32,000 nucleotides of DNA, taken from an uncultured Desulfobacterales bacterium (GTDB lineage Bacteria; Desulfobacterota; Desulfobacteria; Desulfobacterales; Desulfobacteraceae). A model generated the notes under the pieces. That model did not search any database, had not been told where the DNA came from, and was given only the letters and a program-made list of their open reading frames with translations. The DNA is taken from the NCBI GenBank assembly GCA_964425195.1, contig CAYRLG010000009.1, positions 67,891 through 99,890 on the forward strand, in the 5' to 3' direction. Positions 9,401 through 16,907 of this stretch are shown piece by piece; positions within the stretch are counted from its first letter, which is position 1; every line of letters starts with the position of its first letter. The translations under genes and the position numbers were made by a program.

Positions 9401-10008
9401 AGTTTTCATTTACAAAGACTATGACAGGAGATGGGATTAACGAAGATTATTTTTCTTTTGATATTATAAAGCGAGATTCAACTGATATTGGATTTGCATT
9501 TTCTGATGAGTCTGGAACTATGGCTGCATTAGGATTTAATACTTTCTTTAAAGGCGATGATGCTCTAACTATGGGGTTAAACGATGTTATAAAAGACACA
9601 AATTTTGTGGCTGCTGCAACCATTGATTCAGAAACAGGCAAGATTTATAAAGGAGACAACAGCAATACTTTAGCACTTGCCGATGTTCAGTTTAAGAGTC
9701 TGACTATGAAGCAGTGGGAGTTCTCCAGAGGTAGCGAGCCAAAATCGAGCATGACAACAGCTACATTAGATGGATATTATAGCACAATGCTTGGTTCTTT
9801 AGGTGTAGATGCCAAAAATATTCAAACCTCCAAAGAGTTTTCAACACTGATGGTCAACTATATTACAGAACAACGTAATTCAATCTCTTCGGTCTCTCTT
9901 GATGAGGAGATGATAAAGCTGATGAGCTATCAACACGCGTTTGCTGCTGCATCAAAACTTGTAAAAACAGCAGATGAGATGTTAAATACAATTATAGGAT
10001 TGAGATAA
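6454..10008 (+). CDS. flgK: flagellar hook-associated protein 1 FlgK, unusually large (1184 aa)
   Basis: GGAGG RBS. N-terminal 'LQIAKGALAAQQYGLNVTGNNIANVNNPDYSRQ' and C-terminal 'GDNSNTLALADVQ...SLDEEMIKLMSYQHAFAAASKLVKTADEMLNTIIGL' are canonical FlgK termini. About 750 aa of non-canonical sequence lies between them. Confidence 0.92.
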   Translation: MGGIGSTLQIAKGALAAQQYGLNVTGNNIANVNNPDYSRQNVEQVNNGPIKYAGYLFGTGVNSSQVTQSVNQLLENRLTLEKSSLSGFEEAESYIKIITDHFNESSDNSISNILTDFWNSWNDLSNSPADDSERLIILENGKELSERFNMAYSYLGQVETEINTKLVDAVDRINNITADIAKLNVDIMGQETQRTSNDKRDQRNALIDELGKLININVFEQTSGAVAINVNNGLPIVNGNSTYKLSVEGEDINWVDSAGKKQDITDMITGGQIGGWLDIRDTVIPKYQHDIDELSHEIIWAINYQHSQGVGLEYFSNGLTGDYSVDKSGWLTSLGFGDKIDHSKNLTMWIEDKTSATPEYSKIEMDMGVSDAKMSGWQAGADLSTLYPEKAVYKFTVMESGTASYNLAAETGGVGAKIGAVQSGAGTVAGLMQNNAIAPIAAQTLKITGGPSGGTQNIEIKYAGGDAKQSASSIAEALNKIEGINAKAGENSAVLNVAGFAAVADDEISFGIYVDGITHYEKFTFTPALGGVNEHFEDAFRAAVEAINSKYGDDDLKLEWTVESDATTQFKLTSKSGRTIGLQDVTTNGGAGGTISFSGTAVGAGGAAVVASKVTIGIEKGMELSSNVAGASGGLFNVAADVIVTPVNNILPIDKSTIAWEKYDINGISTGVKGLIEVGLIDLNGVPIDLLGNPITVEDSSGNELLIFNLAPGELVAGNTMSININYDPLTNPLPEPNPLEFTIKGTANSQNDIYQFKVVNDDTKQFNDFESGTIGTPLAAGDPPITIEWSNGTNSGKFQIKEPVPPLTPDTPYNVEVDGMTLQFTKGTVFKNDVFTITTDNSGKPVSTDKNGKPTGEFMSDWHWTLDSFKNQFNRDAQGMKATINGKNQLELATSKDYHVISELSFSKDSEKYGFSKENISIDVKDWSVINFNADDIQFIRNDVTGWRISHDPTGTTQLIPAVGGDDGFGVDFNGDDLVDIEFSFTKTMTGDGINEDYFSFDIIKRDSTDIGFAFSDESGTMAALGFNTFFKGDDALTMGLNDVIKDTNFVAAATIDSETGKIYKGDNSNTLALADVQFKSLTMKQWEFSRGSEPKSSMTTATLDGYYSTMLGSLGVDAKNIQTSKEFSTLMVNYITEQRNSISSVSLDEEMIKLMSYQHAFAAASKLVKTADEMLNTIIGLR

Positions 10009-10024
10009 TATTCGGGAGGTTGTC

Positions 10025-12229
10025 ATGAGAGTCCCAACAATTTCAAAATATAGCACAGCAACCTATCAGTTAGGTGTTATTACCAGTGACTTGAAGGATG
10101 CCAATGATGTTATGAGCACTCAAAAGAAGATTAACAACCTTTCTGATAATCCAATTGGCATGACTCAGGTGCTTGATCTAAAAGAAAATATTAAGCATCT
10201 TAAACAGATAGAGACCAATGTGGAGATGGGAAGAACATGGCTTACTGGTGTTGAAAGCTCTCTTAAAAGTGTGAATGATATTATTTTAAGCACAAAAAAT
10301 GATGTATTGCGTTATTCTAATGGCTCTATGAATGCTCAAAACCGCAAAGATGCTATTGATAATATCAATAATGTAATTGAGCAGATAGTAAGTTTAGGTA
10401 ACACAAAGATGAATGGAGGCTATATTTTTAGTGGAAATAGCACTAATGTTAAGCCCATAGAGTATTATCCTAATGAAGAACCTCCTCGAGTTGCTTATGT
10501 GGGTGAAAGTAATCCTTTTAAGATTCGTTCTGACAAAAATGCGGAGATTCCAGTAGGGCGTGCTGGGTCAGATGTTTTTTGGGAAGATAAAGTTTCTATT
10601 AACGCAACTAATAATACTATCACCTTTCAAGAAAATCCCGATCCTAATCTTAATTCTGATTATAAACGAACAGTTACAGCAACAATTCCCTCCGGTGAAT
10701 ATGACAACAAATCTCTTATAACAACTATCAGAAATGAGCTTAACAAAGCATCAGCTAAAGATGGTCATGGAGTTATCTATGATGTTAAATATAATGAAGA
10801 GACTAAGCAGTTTGCAATTGTAGAAGATGGCTCTTACAAAGGCTATATGGCTACAAATTTTTTGTGGAATACCAGTAATGGAACGAACGATAAAGAGGCT
10901 GTTATTAATCAAGATGCCTATATTGACAACGTAGCTGCTGGTGGCACGGTTCTTTTAGATGATATAAACACAATAGTATCTGACAGCAAGGCTATAAATA
11001 TTTCGGAACAGCCAGAAGATTTTAAATTGACTCGTCTATGGGGTTCTTTTAAACCACCTGCTCATGATTTCACATTTGAAGGGGAATATTGGGGATTAGA
11101 AAACAGCAAGGGGATGTTGACTCCTTCAAAAATTACTCAATCAGGAGTTGCGCCTGATATTTTAGTTGAGGTCAATTACGAATCTAACGGAGGAGTAATC
11201 CCATCAAAAATCGTGGGGAATGCTAATGGAGCAGATATATACTTTGATAGTGATGTTGACAAAGACGGTAAACCAATTCCAGATATAAGCATCTCATTTG
11301 ATAACTCAGTCAGCAAAGATGATTATGTCAAGTTCACAATCAATCCTGCAAAAGAGATTGTTCTTGAAGATACATCAATAGGGCATGAAATTGGATTTGT
11401 AGGGGAAAATGTACTATCAGCTCCTCATACTTCTGATAAGCCATTAGATCCATTACCTCTAAATATCCTTATCAATAATACTAACAATAAAATTGATTTT
11501 CAGGAGGTAGTTGGTGAGGGAGAAAACCGTACAGTTTATACTCTTACCGCTTCGGTAAAGGCAAAAAATTACACAAATTATGATGAGCTGGCAACTGAAG
11601 TTGAGAAAGCTATGGAGGCAGAATCTCTTAAAAACGGAAATAGAATAAATTATGCTGTTTCATGGGACGATGAGACAAAAAAGTTCACAATAAAAGAAGA
11701 CGGAACAAATCTTGATGAATTTAATATGTTGTGGCAGTCTGGCGAAAATGCCCCTGTTAATGACAATGAAAGTATAGGAGCTACTCTTGGATTTAATGCA
11801 GAAGACGATACAAAATATCTTTGGAAAAAAGATAGACCCGAAGATGTTGGAAAACCTATAAAATTTAGAGAGCCTGTTGAATTGGGAAAACCGGTTGAGC
11901 GGGGAATCTTTAACACCTTAATTGATTTGGTAGGTTATCTTAAAAATAATGATGTGGATGGTATAGAGAGAACTATTGGCAGGCTTGAGTCAAACTACAA
12001 TCATATCACCTCAGTTATAGCAGACACTGGCATGAAGTATAGTCGCCTTGAGACAAGAAAAGTTATCACTTCTGAAATGAATCTTAATCTCAACGAAAGA
12101 AGAGCAAGCATTGAAGATGCTGATATCGTTGAAGCAATTATGAATCTTAACTCCGCACAGTCAGCGTATGAAGCTGCTCTTGGTTCAACAGCCAAAATAA
12201 TGAAAACAAGTTTAATGGATTATATTTAA
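10025..12229 (+). CDS. flgL: flagellar hook-associated protein 3 FlgL, unusually large (734 aa)
   Basis: GGGAGG RBS. Flagellin-type N-terminus ('MRVPTISKYSTATYQLGVITSDL...LSDNPIG') and C-terminus ('IEDADIVEAIMNLNSAQSAYEAALGSTAKIMKTSLMDYI'). Follows flgK. Confidence 0.88.
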   Translation: MRVPTISKYSTATYQLGVITSDLKDANDVMSTQKKINNLSDNPIGMTQVLDLKENIKHLKQIETNVEMGRTWLTGVESSLKSVNDIILSTKNDVLRYSNGSMNAQNRKDAIDNINNVIEQIVSLGNTKMNGGYIFSGNSTNVKPIEYYPNEEPPRVAYVGESNPFKIRSDKNAEIPVGRAGSDVFWEDKVSINATNNTITFQENPDPNLNSDYKRTVTATIPSGEYDNKSLITTIRNELNKASAKDGHGVIYDVKYNEETKQFAIVEDGSYKGYMATNFLWNTSNGTNDKEAVINQDAYIDNVAAGGTVLLDDINTIVSDSKAINISEQPEDFKLTRLWGSFKPPAHDFTFEGEYWGLENSKGMLTPSKITQSGVAPDILVEVNYESNGGVIPSKIVGNANGADIYFDSDVDKDGKPIPDISISFDNSVSKDDYVKFTINPAKEIVLEDTSIGHEIGFVGENVLSAPHTSDKPLDPLPLNILINNTNNKIDFQEVVGEGENRTVYTLTASVKAKNYTNYDELATEVEKAMEAESLKNGNRINYAVSWDDETKKFTIKEDGTNLDEFNMLWQSGENAPVNDNESIGATLGFNAEDDTKYLWKKDRPEDVGKPIKFREPVELGKPVERGIFNTLIDLVGYLKNNDVDGIERTIGRLESNYNHITSVIADTGMKYSRLETRKVITSEMNLNLNERRASIEDADIVEAIMNLNSAQSAYEAALGSTAKIMKTSLMDYI
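10598..10882 (+). repeat. FlgL internal protein-level repeat, copy 1 (~95 aa)
   Basis: 'INATNNTITFQENPDPNLNSDYKRTVTATIPSGEYDNKSLITTIRNELNKASAKDGHGVIYDVKYNEETKQFAIVEDGSYKGYMATNFLWNTSNG' aligns by eye with copy 2. Confidence 0.7.
11471..11749 (+). repeat. FlgL internal protein-level repeat, copy 2 (~93 aa)
   Basis: 'INNTNNKIDFQEVVGEGENRTVYTLTASVKAKNYTNYDELATEVEKAMEAESLKNGNRINYAVSWDDETKKFTIKEDGTNLDEFNMLWQSGEN'. The landmarks NNT/NNK-I-x-FQE, helix, Y-x-V-x-[YW]-[ND]-[ED]-ETK-[QK]-F-x-I-x-EDG and LW are all shared with copy 1. Confidence 0.7.
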
Positions 12230-12254
12230 TGAAAAACAAAAGGATATTTTATAA

Positions 12255-12497
12255 GTGCTTGTTTTAACACGAAAAATAGAAGAAGAGATTAAGATTGGTG
12301 ATAATATTGTTATTAAAGTGCTTGACGTTGATGGCGGAAGTGTCAAAATAGGAATTGATGCACCAAGAGATATTGTTATTCTCAGAATGGAGATTCTTGA
12401 GCAAGTGGAAAAAGAGAATATTGAGTCAGCTTCAAAAAATATAGCCGATATTGCAGATGCAGTTGATATGATTAAAAAGAAATTTCAAACAGATTAA
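12255..12497 (+). CDS. csrA: carbon storage / translational regulator CsrA
   Basis: 80 aa. '[47 protein letters not shown]' is a textbook CsrA fold sequence. GTG start at 12255 with AAGGA upstream. Confidence 0.95.
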   Translation: MLVLTRKIEEEIKIGDNIVIKVLDVDGGSVKIGIDAPRDIVILRMEILEQVEKENIESASKNIADIADAVDMIKKKFQTD

Positions 12498-12565
12498 AAA
12501 TCAATTTAATTTACACTTGACACATACCAATCAACAACTCTAACAGAGGTGGAGGGATACAGAAG

Positions 12566-13036
12566 GTGAAAATTCAAACAAGAAAATTTGGTGAAATTGA
12601 TATTGATGAAAATCTCATTCTGACAATGCCTGAAGGTTTACCAGGATTTCCAGGATTTGATCGTTTTGTACTTATTGAAAGGGTAGAAACTAAACCTTTT
12701 TGTTGGTTTCAATCTGTAGAGCAGCCAAATCTAAACTTGGTTATAATGAGTCCCTTTTTTTTTAAACCAGATTATGAACCAGAGCTTGAGACCATAATTG
12801 AGATAAGAAATTGGCACGGTGTTAGTAAGGATGAGTTACAGGTTTATGTAGTTGTAAATATCTCCGGAGATTGTGATGATAAAAGAATTACAGCAAATCT
12901 AATGGGGCCAATTGTTGTAAATCAGAAAACAAAAGAGGCTGTTCAGTTTGTCTTTTCAAATACTACCTATTCCCACCAACACGATGTTCTCAAGTCATTA
13001 GAAGAGCTTGTAAAGTCTTCAGAAAAGGAGAAGTAA
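12566..13036 (+). CDS. fliW: flagellar assembly factor FliW (CsrA antagonist)
   Basis: 156 aa. 'FGEIDIDENLILTMPEGLPGFPGFDRFVLIE...PFCWFQSVEQPNLNLVIMSPFFFKPDYEP' matches the FliW family. GTG start at 12566 is preceded by GGAGGG (12551-12556). Adjacent to csrA. Confidence 0.9.
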   Translation: MKIQTRKFGEIDIDENLILTMPEGLPGFPGFDRFVLIERVETKPFCWFQSVEQPNLNLVIMSPFFFKPDYEPELETIIEIRNWHGVSKDELQVYVVVNISGDCDDKRITANLMGPIVVNQKTKEAVQFVFSNTTYSHQHDVLKSLEELVKSSEKEK

Positions 13037-13046
13037 TGGTTTGTAT

Positions 13047-13090
13047 GTAGAGACCCACATCCGTGAGTCTCTACTTCGTTTGTTTTTCTC
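13047..13090 (+). terminator. rho-independent terminator ending the flagellar operon
   Basis: GTAGAGAC (13047-13054) / GTCTCTAC (13067-13074) plus an inner CAC/GTG pairing, followed by TTCGTTTGTTTTTCTCTTTT. Confidence 0.7.
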
Positions 13091-13111
13091 TTTTATATCA
13101 GATTATTGCCT

Positions 13112-14167
13112 TTACATAAGCCCTTTTTCCTTAATAATATTTAAGTATGTATCAACAATAGTTGCTGGCGGAACCCATCTTTCTGACTCATCTTTGCCTT
13201 GAAGTTTCATACCCTCAAAATCGCAGACAGCCACGCACAGACCGCACCCGATACACCTCTCTTTATCAATACTTGCAATACCATCAACTGTTATTGCGTC
13301 CATTGGGCATCTATCTTCACACATTCCGCATCCAGTGCAGCTATCTTCATTAACAACAGCAAAGTAATTTGAATTTACAGCAGTTGAGGGTTTATCTGTC
13401 TTTTTGATGTAGCTTAAAATCTGGCAGCAGCAGTTACAGCACATACATATATTCATAGTTTTAAGAGAATTCCCAGGCTGTAGCACAAGCCCTTCAGCCA
13501 TTCCTTTTTTTAAGACTTCAAGAGCCTCTTCATGATCAACGCTTTTGCCGATTCCCCGTTGCTCGTAATAGTATGCACCGCCGCCAAATATAAAACAGCC
13601 ATCCTCCATGTGGTTACAACCCTTGCCAACCATTTTATGCTCTTTTCTGCATATACATGGAGCAATTAAAATTTTTGACTGTGCACGGATTATCTTTTCA
13701 GCCTCTTCATAATCCATAACCTTCATATCTGCATTTACAGCTTGAGACACAGGAATAACTCTTAGCTGGCGGGTTCTAAGTTTTTCCTGCTCTTTCATTA
13801 AATACGGAATATATTCATTAGCATCTCGGATAAGCTCCTCTGTCAGACGGTTTACCTGATACTCCCATATTCCAACAACAAACTGGGCTGTCATGTATTG
13901 TTCAACATCTTTTCTGCTTATGTTCATTATAAGCCCTTTATTGCCCATATCCTTTAAAATAGGTGCAAGCAGGTTATGATCATAATTGATGCGTTTTGCA
14001 ATAGATTCAGCAGTTTCGGGTATCATTGTCAGATTGGCTGCAATCGCTGCCTCCTCTTCTGTAAAAAGTTGTTTAAGAATTCTCAGTTCAACACCAGACT
14101 CTGTTGCTGGAAAACCGCATGGTGTGTTGTCAAGGTGTAGGGCAAGTTTTTTGTAGACATCGGTCAT
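13112..14167 (-). CDS. Cys-rich 4Fe-4S dicluster domain-containing protein, function unknown
   Basis: 351 aa. AGGAGAG RBS. Two C-terminal ferredoxin motifs, 'CTGCGMCEDRCP' and 'CIGCGLCVAVCD', plus upstream Cys clusters 'CICRKEHKMVGKGCNHMEDGC' and 'CMCCNCCC'. Confidence 0.75.
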   Translation of the reverse strand: MTDVYKKLALHLDNTPCGFPATESGVELRILKQLFTEEEAAIAANLTMIPETAESIAKRINYDHNLLAPILKDMGNKGLIMNISRKDVEQYMTAQFVVGIWEYQVNRLTEELIRDANEYIPYLMKEQEKLRTRQLRVIPVSQAVNADMKVMDYEEAEKIIRAQSKILIAPCICRKEHKMVGKGCNHMEDGCFIFGGGAYYYEQRGIGKSVDHEEALEVLKKGMAEGLVLQPGNSLKTMNICMCCNCCCQILSYIKKTDKPSTAVNSNYFAVVNEDSCTGCGMCEDRCPMDAITVDGIASIDKERCIGCGLCVAVCDFEGMKLQGKDESERWVPPATIVDTYLNIIKEKGLM

Positions 14168-14460
14168 TTCATACTCTCCTAAATATTTTTTATAGGTTAT
14201 ACTTTAAACGGTCACAAATTTGTCTTTTAATATGCAAAACTCAAGTTATGACCGAGATCAGTATATTAGCAATAATAATTGCAGCATCTCTAAATTAGAG
14301 AATCTGTTAAAGCCTAATTTAGACCTTACAAGTTTGCATCTCATACCATTTAACAGCAATGGATATAAAGTGGCATCAGTGCCAAATTAAGGGGGAAAAA
14401 AGACAAATATTGAATAGTGACGGATTCTATTTATTGTGTGGTGCAATAACAGAGGTCGTT

Positions 14461-15825
14461 TTAAACAACCTTACCTATTAACCTATTATTTTTATCTCTA
14501 ATGTTAAGCGAAATATCTACAATCTGCCTTTTCAAATTATCATTTCCATCAACTAATACTGAAAGGTAATTAGATGTTATAGCAATAAGTTTATCCGTTT
14601 TTTCATCTCGCTTATCTTGAATAATAGCTTCAAGATGTCTTTCACTATTTTCTATCTGCATATTTTCAAATACACCTCTCTTTTCCGCTCCAAGCTGCCG
14701 AAGGAGTGCACATCTTTTTTTGACTATCTGGTTATTGACTTTATTAGGGTAGTTATAGGCAGGAGTTCCTTTTCTTGGTGAGAATGGAAATACATGAAGA
14801 TAAGTGACTGGTAATTTATTGATTAAATTAAAGGTATTTTCAAAAGCGTTGTCAGATTCGCCTGGAAATCCAACAAGAATATCAACTCCAATAGCTGCAT
14901 TTGGAAGCAAATTACGTATTTTAATAATAAGATTCTCAAACAATTCAACGCTATATGGTCTTTCCATAAGTTTTAATATTGTGTCATCGCCGCTTTGAAG
15001 AGGTATATGGAAATGGTCGCAAAGAGTGGAATCTCCCTTTGCTGCAAGATGGATAATATCATCAGTTAACTCTTTTGGTTCAATAGAACTTAACCGCACT
15101 CTGTGGATCGGCTTTAATTTGTCAATTTCAATTAAAAGTTCTGTAATAGAAGAATTTTTTTCAGATAATCTATTTTTTTCAAAATCAAGCCCATAAGCTC
15201 CAACATGAATTCCTGTAAGAATTGCTTCTTTGTAACCCTTTGATGACAGATTCAAAAGATGGTTAAATACTTCATGTTTTGGCATACTTATGCTTCGTCC
15301 TCTGGCATAGGGAACAATACAATAGGTACAAAAGGAGTTACAGCCATCTTGAATTTTAAGATATGCTCTTGTTTTGCTCCCTGTAACGGCTGGTTTAAAA
15401 AACGGAGTTCTCCTATTTGCTACTTGATCTGTTTTAGGAAGAGGCTCTTGACTGTTAAATTTATCTCGTGCATTTTTTCCACTCTGCTCAGCTTTAAGAA
15501 CAGCCTCTACAATATTAAATTTATCTTGATGACCCAAAATAGCATGAATATTCTCAATTTTGTCGATCTGCTCCGGCTCTGTTTGTGCATGACAGCCTGT
15601 TACAATAATCTTTGCATCTGAATTTGATCTAATAATGCTTCGTATCTGTTGGCGTGACTGCATAGCCGCTCGAGAGGTTACAGCACAGGTGTTTATAATA
15701 CATATATCGGCATCTTCAAGGTTGTCTGATTTTTTGAAGCCGTTCTCTATAAGTTCCGATATAATTCCGTCTGACTCATATTGATTTACCTTGCAGCCTA
15801 AAGTTGTAATATAAAAGGTTTTCAT
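14461..15825 (-). CDS. mtaB: radical-SAM methylthiotransferase, MtaB-like (tRNA ms2t6A37)
   Basis: 454 aa. UPF0004 N-terminal domain 'YITTLGCKVNQYESDGI' (the MtaB-type signature rather than MiaB). Radical-SAM motif 'CNSFCTYCIVPYARGR'. Start overlaps the mnmA stop (ATGA). Confidence 0.8.
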   Translation of the reverse strand: MKTFYITTLGCKVNQYESDGIISELIENGFKKSDNLEDADICIINTCAVTSRAAMQSRQQIRSIIRSNSDAKIIVTGCHAQTEPEQIDKIENIHAILGHQDKFNIVEAVLKAEQSGKNARDKFNSQEPLPKTDQVANRRTPFFKPAVTGSKTRAYLKIQDGCNSFCTYCIVPYARGRSISMPKHEVFNHLLNLSSKGYKEAILTGIHVGAYGLDFEKNRLSEKNSSITELLIEIDKLKPIHRVRLSSIEPKELTDDIIHLAAKGDSTLCDHFHIPLQSGDDTILKLMERPYSVELFENLIIKIRNLLPNAAIGVDILVGFPGESDNAFENTFNLINKLPVTYLHVFPFSPRKGTPAYNYPNKVNNQIVKKRCALLRQLGAEKRGVFENMQIENSERHLEAIIQDKRDEKTDKLIAITSNYLSVLVDGNDNLKRQIVDISLNIRDKNNRLIGKVV

Positions 15826-16907
15826 TCTATAAATCCAGCTCCTAATACCTGTTCTCCATCATAAAATACAGCACACTGCCCGGGAGTAATGGCAAGCTGG
15901 GGTTCATCAAACATCACTTTAAGAGAATTATATTTGTCTTGCTCTTTTCCACCTTGGTTATACTCTTTTGTATTATTTTGAAGTATTAAAGTTGAAGATG
16001 CACCAGAATGGCTGTATCGTATTTTGGTTGTAACCCTTAACGGTGATGTTAAGATATCTGTTGCTGCTTTATCAGATAACCAGTTGATATTTTTAATACT
16101 ACACTCATTTTGAAACAACTCTTCTTTAAACCCAATAATCAAACGGTTATGCTCCATATCAATTTTTTTAACATAGTAGGGAGCGGGTCCCGGACAGTTT
16201 AACCCTTTACGTTGACCAATAGTGTAAGAGTAAAGACCCTTATGTCTGCCAACAATCTTGTTATCTGTGGTTATAATATCTCCTTGTGAAAATGGAAGTG
16301 GAGATTTTGATGCAATAAAATCTGCAAAAGACTCCTCTTTTATAAAACAGATATCTTGACTCTCTTTTTTGTGAATAGGTACAAGTCCATTGTTAGTGGC
16401 AATAGCTATAACTTCCTGTTTTGTTAGATCACCAAGAGGAAAAATTGACTGTTTTAGCTGTTCAGGTGATAGCATTGAGAGAAAATAGGACTGCTCTTTT
16501 AAGCTATCCTTCCCTTTTAATAGTTCTCTTTTTTCTACTTTTGCATAGTGTCCAGTTGCCAAAAAGCTGACTCCCAAATTTTGGGCAGCTTTATATAAAG
16601 CTCCAAATTTTACCTTCTGATTGCAGATAACACAAGGATTAGGCGTTTTTCCACTCTGATAAGTATTGATAAAATAGGATACAACACTGGTTTCAAATTC
16701 ATCTTTTAAATCAATGCAATAAACTGGAATATCAAGCTGTTTTGAAATGGACTCAATATTGTTAGAAGATGTGTAATATTGGGTTGTAAAGTGAATTCCA
16801 AGCAGAGTAGGATAGCTCTTTTTTAATAGAAATGCTGCAACTAAAGAGTCGATTCCTCCGCTTAAAGCAACAGCAACCCCTTTTTTTATTGATAAATCCT
16901 TATTCAC
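15822..16907 (-). CDS. mnmA: tRNA 2-thiouridine(34) synthase MnmA, CxxC ('C-type') variant
   Basis: 361 aa. PP-loop 'VALSGGIDSLVAA'. 'TPNPCVICNQKVKFGALY' corresponds to E. coli 'NPDILCN', and 'SQDICFI' supplies the third Cys. GTG start overlaps the upstream stop (GTGA). Confidence 0.9.
   Translation of the reverse strand: MNKDLSIKKGVAVALSGGIDSLVAAFLLKKSYPTLLGIHFTTQYYTSSNNIESISKQLDIPVYCIDLKDEFETSVVSYFINTYQSGKTPNPCVICNQKVKFGALYKAAQNLGVSFLATGHYAKVEKRELLKGKDSLKEQSYFLSMLSPEQLKQSIFPLGDLTKQEVIAIATNNGLVPIHKKESQDICFIKEESFADFIASKSPLPFSQGDIITTDNKIVGRHKGLYSYTIGQRKGLNCPGPAPYYVKKIDMEHNRLIIGFKEELFQNECSIKNINWLSDKAATDILTSPLRVTTKIRYSHSGASSTLILQNNTKEYNQGGKEQDKYNSLKVMFDEPQLAITPGQCAVFYDGEQVLGAGFIE

Noticed and set aside
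12444-12451. GCCGATAT sigma-28-like -10 box inside csrA, upstream of fliW
   Set aside because: There is no TAAA-type -35 at the required ~15-nt distance, the last base deviates from the consensus, and it lies within coding sequence. It is probably coincidental.
14371-14384. TGGCATCAGTGCCA palindrome downstream of mtaB, considered as a possible terminator or sigma-54 element
   Set aside because: The stem is only 5 bp with a weak T-tract on the minus strand, and no TTGC lies at -12 spacing in either orientation.
15259-15621. 120-aa plus-strand ORF inside mtaB, with similar ORFs at 14804-14998, 21124-21459 and 25967-26302
   Set aside because: They are antisense to well-supported genes (mtaB, hflC, tolQ), with no RBS or motif support.
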